A DNA stretch of 64,000 bases from the NCBI RefSeq assembly GCF_009914755.1, contig NC_060926.1; one strand, written 5' to 3'. Positions 1 to 64,000 of the stretch are shown here, in pieces. How positions within the stretch are numbered: the stretch's first letter is position 1; every line of letters starts with the position of its first letter. The DNA is from the human T2T-CHM13v2.0 reference genome, Homo sapiens. The position numbers and the translations under genes are program-made. The notes beneath the pieces are model-generated. The model worked only from the letters and a program-made list of their open reading frames with translations. It was not told the origin of the DNA and did not search any database.

Positions 1-1281
1 CATAGACACTGTAGAATGAGAACTAAGGAGATCCCTGATGTAGCAATTATTTTCCCAAGGAAGATGGATTGTCAGACAGGAAGGAGGGAAAAGAAGTTAT
101 TTATATAATTTAGGGGTTTCTGCTGAGGAAATCTGAGTGAACTCACTTCACATGCATTTGGAATATGTGCCTAAAAAATATTTGATTTTGGCAGCTCCAG
201 GAACTACTGGAAGCAGGAAACAATGCTAGAATTGGGATAAAGCACACTGACTCATTACTCCTTTTTGTTACTATTAGGCATCAGAGATACATGTTTTGTT
301 GACTTATAAAAATGAGATAAACTTGAATATGAATACATTGGCTTCCTTGTTCCAGGAGCTATCTCTTGGATAAAATAGCTATTTCATGAAACTTCTTTAG
401 AGACTAACATGATACTCCCAAGAAGTATCATGTTTTAGAAACAAAAATTATGTTGAATTCTAATTAACTCCTAAAATGGTCATTTTCAATGAATATTGCA
501 GTGATTTCTGAATGAAAAACTGCTCAATATCTAATGCTTGTAGCAGTTTTACTTTGTAGAAGTATGTCAAAATTGATAGTTGATGATATTTTTATTGAGG
601 CTAATATATTATCCTTTGGTGCCATGACATGATGAAGAAAGTTTCAGAGGGATAAACTAGTGGATACAAGAAACTTAGGCAAATTATTACACCACATGGG
701 TGTGAGAGATAATGAATATTATCTACTAGGTATCAGCAAACAGATATCCAAGGTGATCAATTTAGGACACTTCCACTGAAGGGGATGTGAAGTGTACATT
801 CAACTGAAGTGCCATGGTAACTGTGTGCCTTCTCAGTTATTGGGCAAGTTAAAGAGCATGATGAATGTTTGTAGTATAATGATGTAAATTCTTTTGATTT
901 GTTGCACGAAAGACATGTGGGATCATGTAGCACCTGCTTTGACATTGATTCTCACGTGTATGAGTTGCTCCTCCGATTTTAGATCAGTTTGTCCTCATCA
1001 CTCGGCATATCCACGTTGATATTGACACGGTTTTATTTTAGTTTTTGACGTATGATGAATCATACCATGTTTGAAATTGTAAGGATATATTTGATGGAGC
1101 CTGTATTCCCTCTTACCAGTGTATTTCTGTCATGTTCCAGTCCCAAGACACAAAGTAGAAGACATCAGAGCCTACACTAGTACAGGCAGAAGGATACAGC
1201 TTGATGCTAACACTGTGTGAATGTATGGATAACTTTATCATATTTATATATGAGTGATTATGTATCCCTTTTGCTTTTCAG

Positions 1282-63899
<62,618 letters not shown>

Positions 63900-64000
63900 T
63901 AATGTTTGGTAAAACTTCATATTTCTACTCTTATTAATATTACTTATACCATCTCTTTTGTTTAATGTACATTATTTAGGCCTGAACAATCCCCAAATTT

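Overview
Primate (very likely human chr2) genomic DNA from the middle of an ANKRD36-family gene on the + strand; ANKRD36 is my best call, but ANKRD36B/C cannot be excluded without alignment. It is not prokaryotic and has no CRISPR, rRNA or tRNA. Bases 1-40775 are a tandem array of 22 exon-bearing units, 1864-1878 bp apart. Each unit carries a 29-nt and a 73-nt exon that together encode a 34-aa S/T/K/E-rich repeat, plus a MER5-like transposon relic. The middle of the array is a three-unit higher-order repeat (about 5.6 kb, four copies) with readable unequal-crossover and gene-conversion scars. Four unique exons follow (44690-44763, 53621-53762, 61128-61341, 63710-63893), giving one stop-free spliced frame of 2858 nt. 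The downstream introns hold a dead 1.1-kb ANKRD26/CCDC144-type exon, a full-length antisense L1PA3/4 with TSDs, four Alus, a MER4-type solo LTR and a nested stack of old elements. The supplied short ORFs are mostly repeat artefacts. The gene family itself is known. The best candidates for undescribed biology are the frame-symmetric exon-pair array (combinatorial splicing, stop-free circles, intronic poly(A) ladder) and a possible L1 antisense-promoter transcript. All homologies and repeat names are recognised from memory, not from searches.
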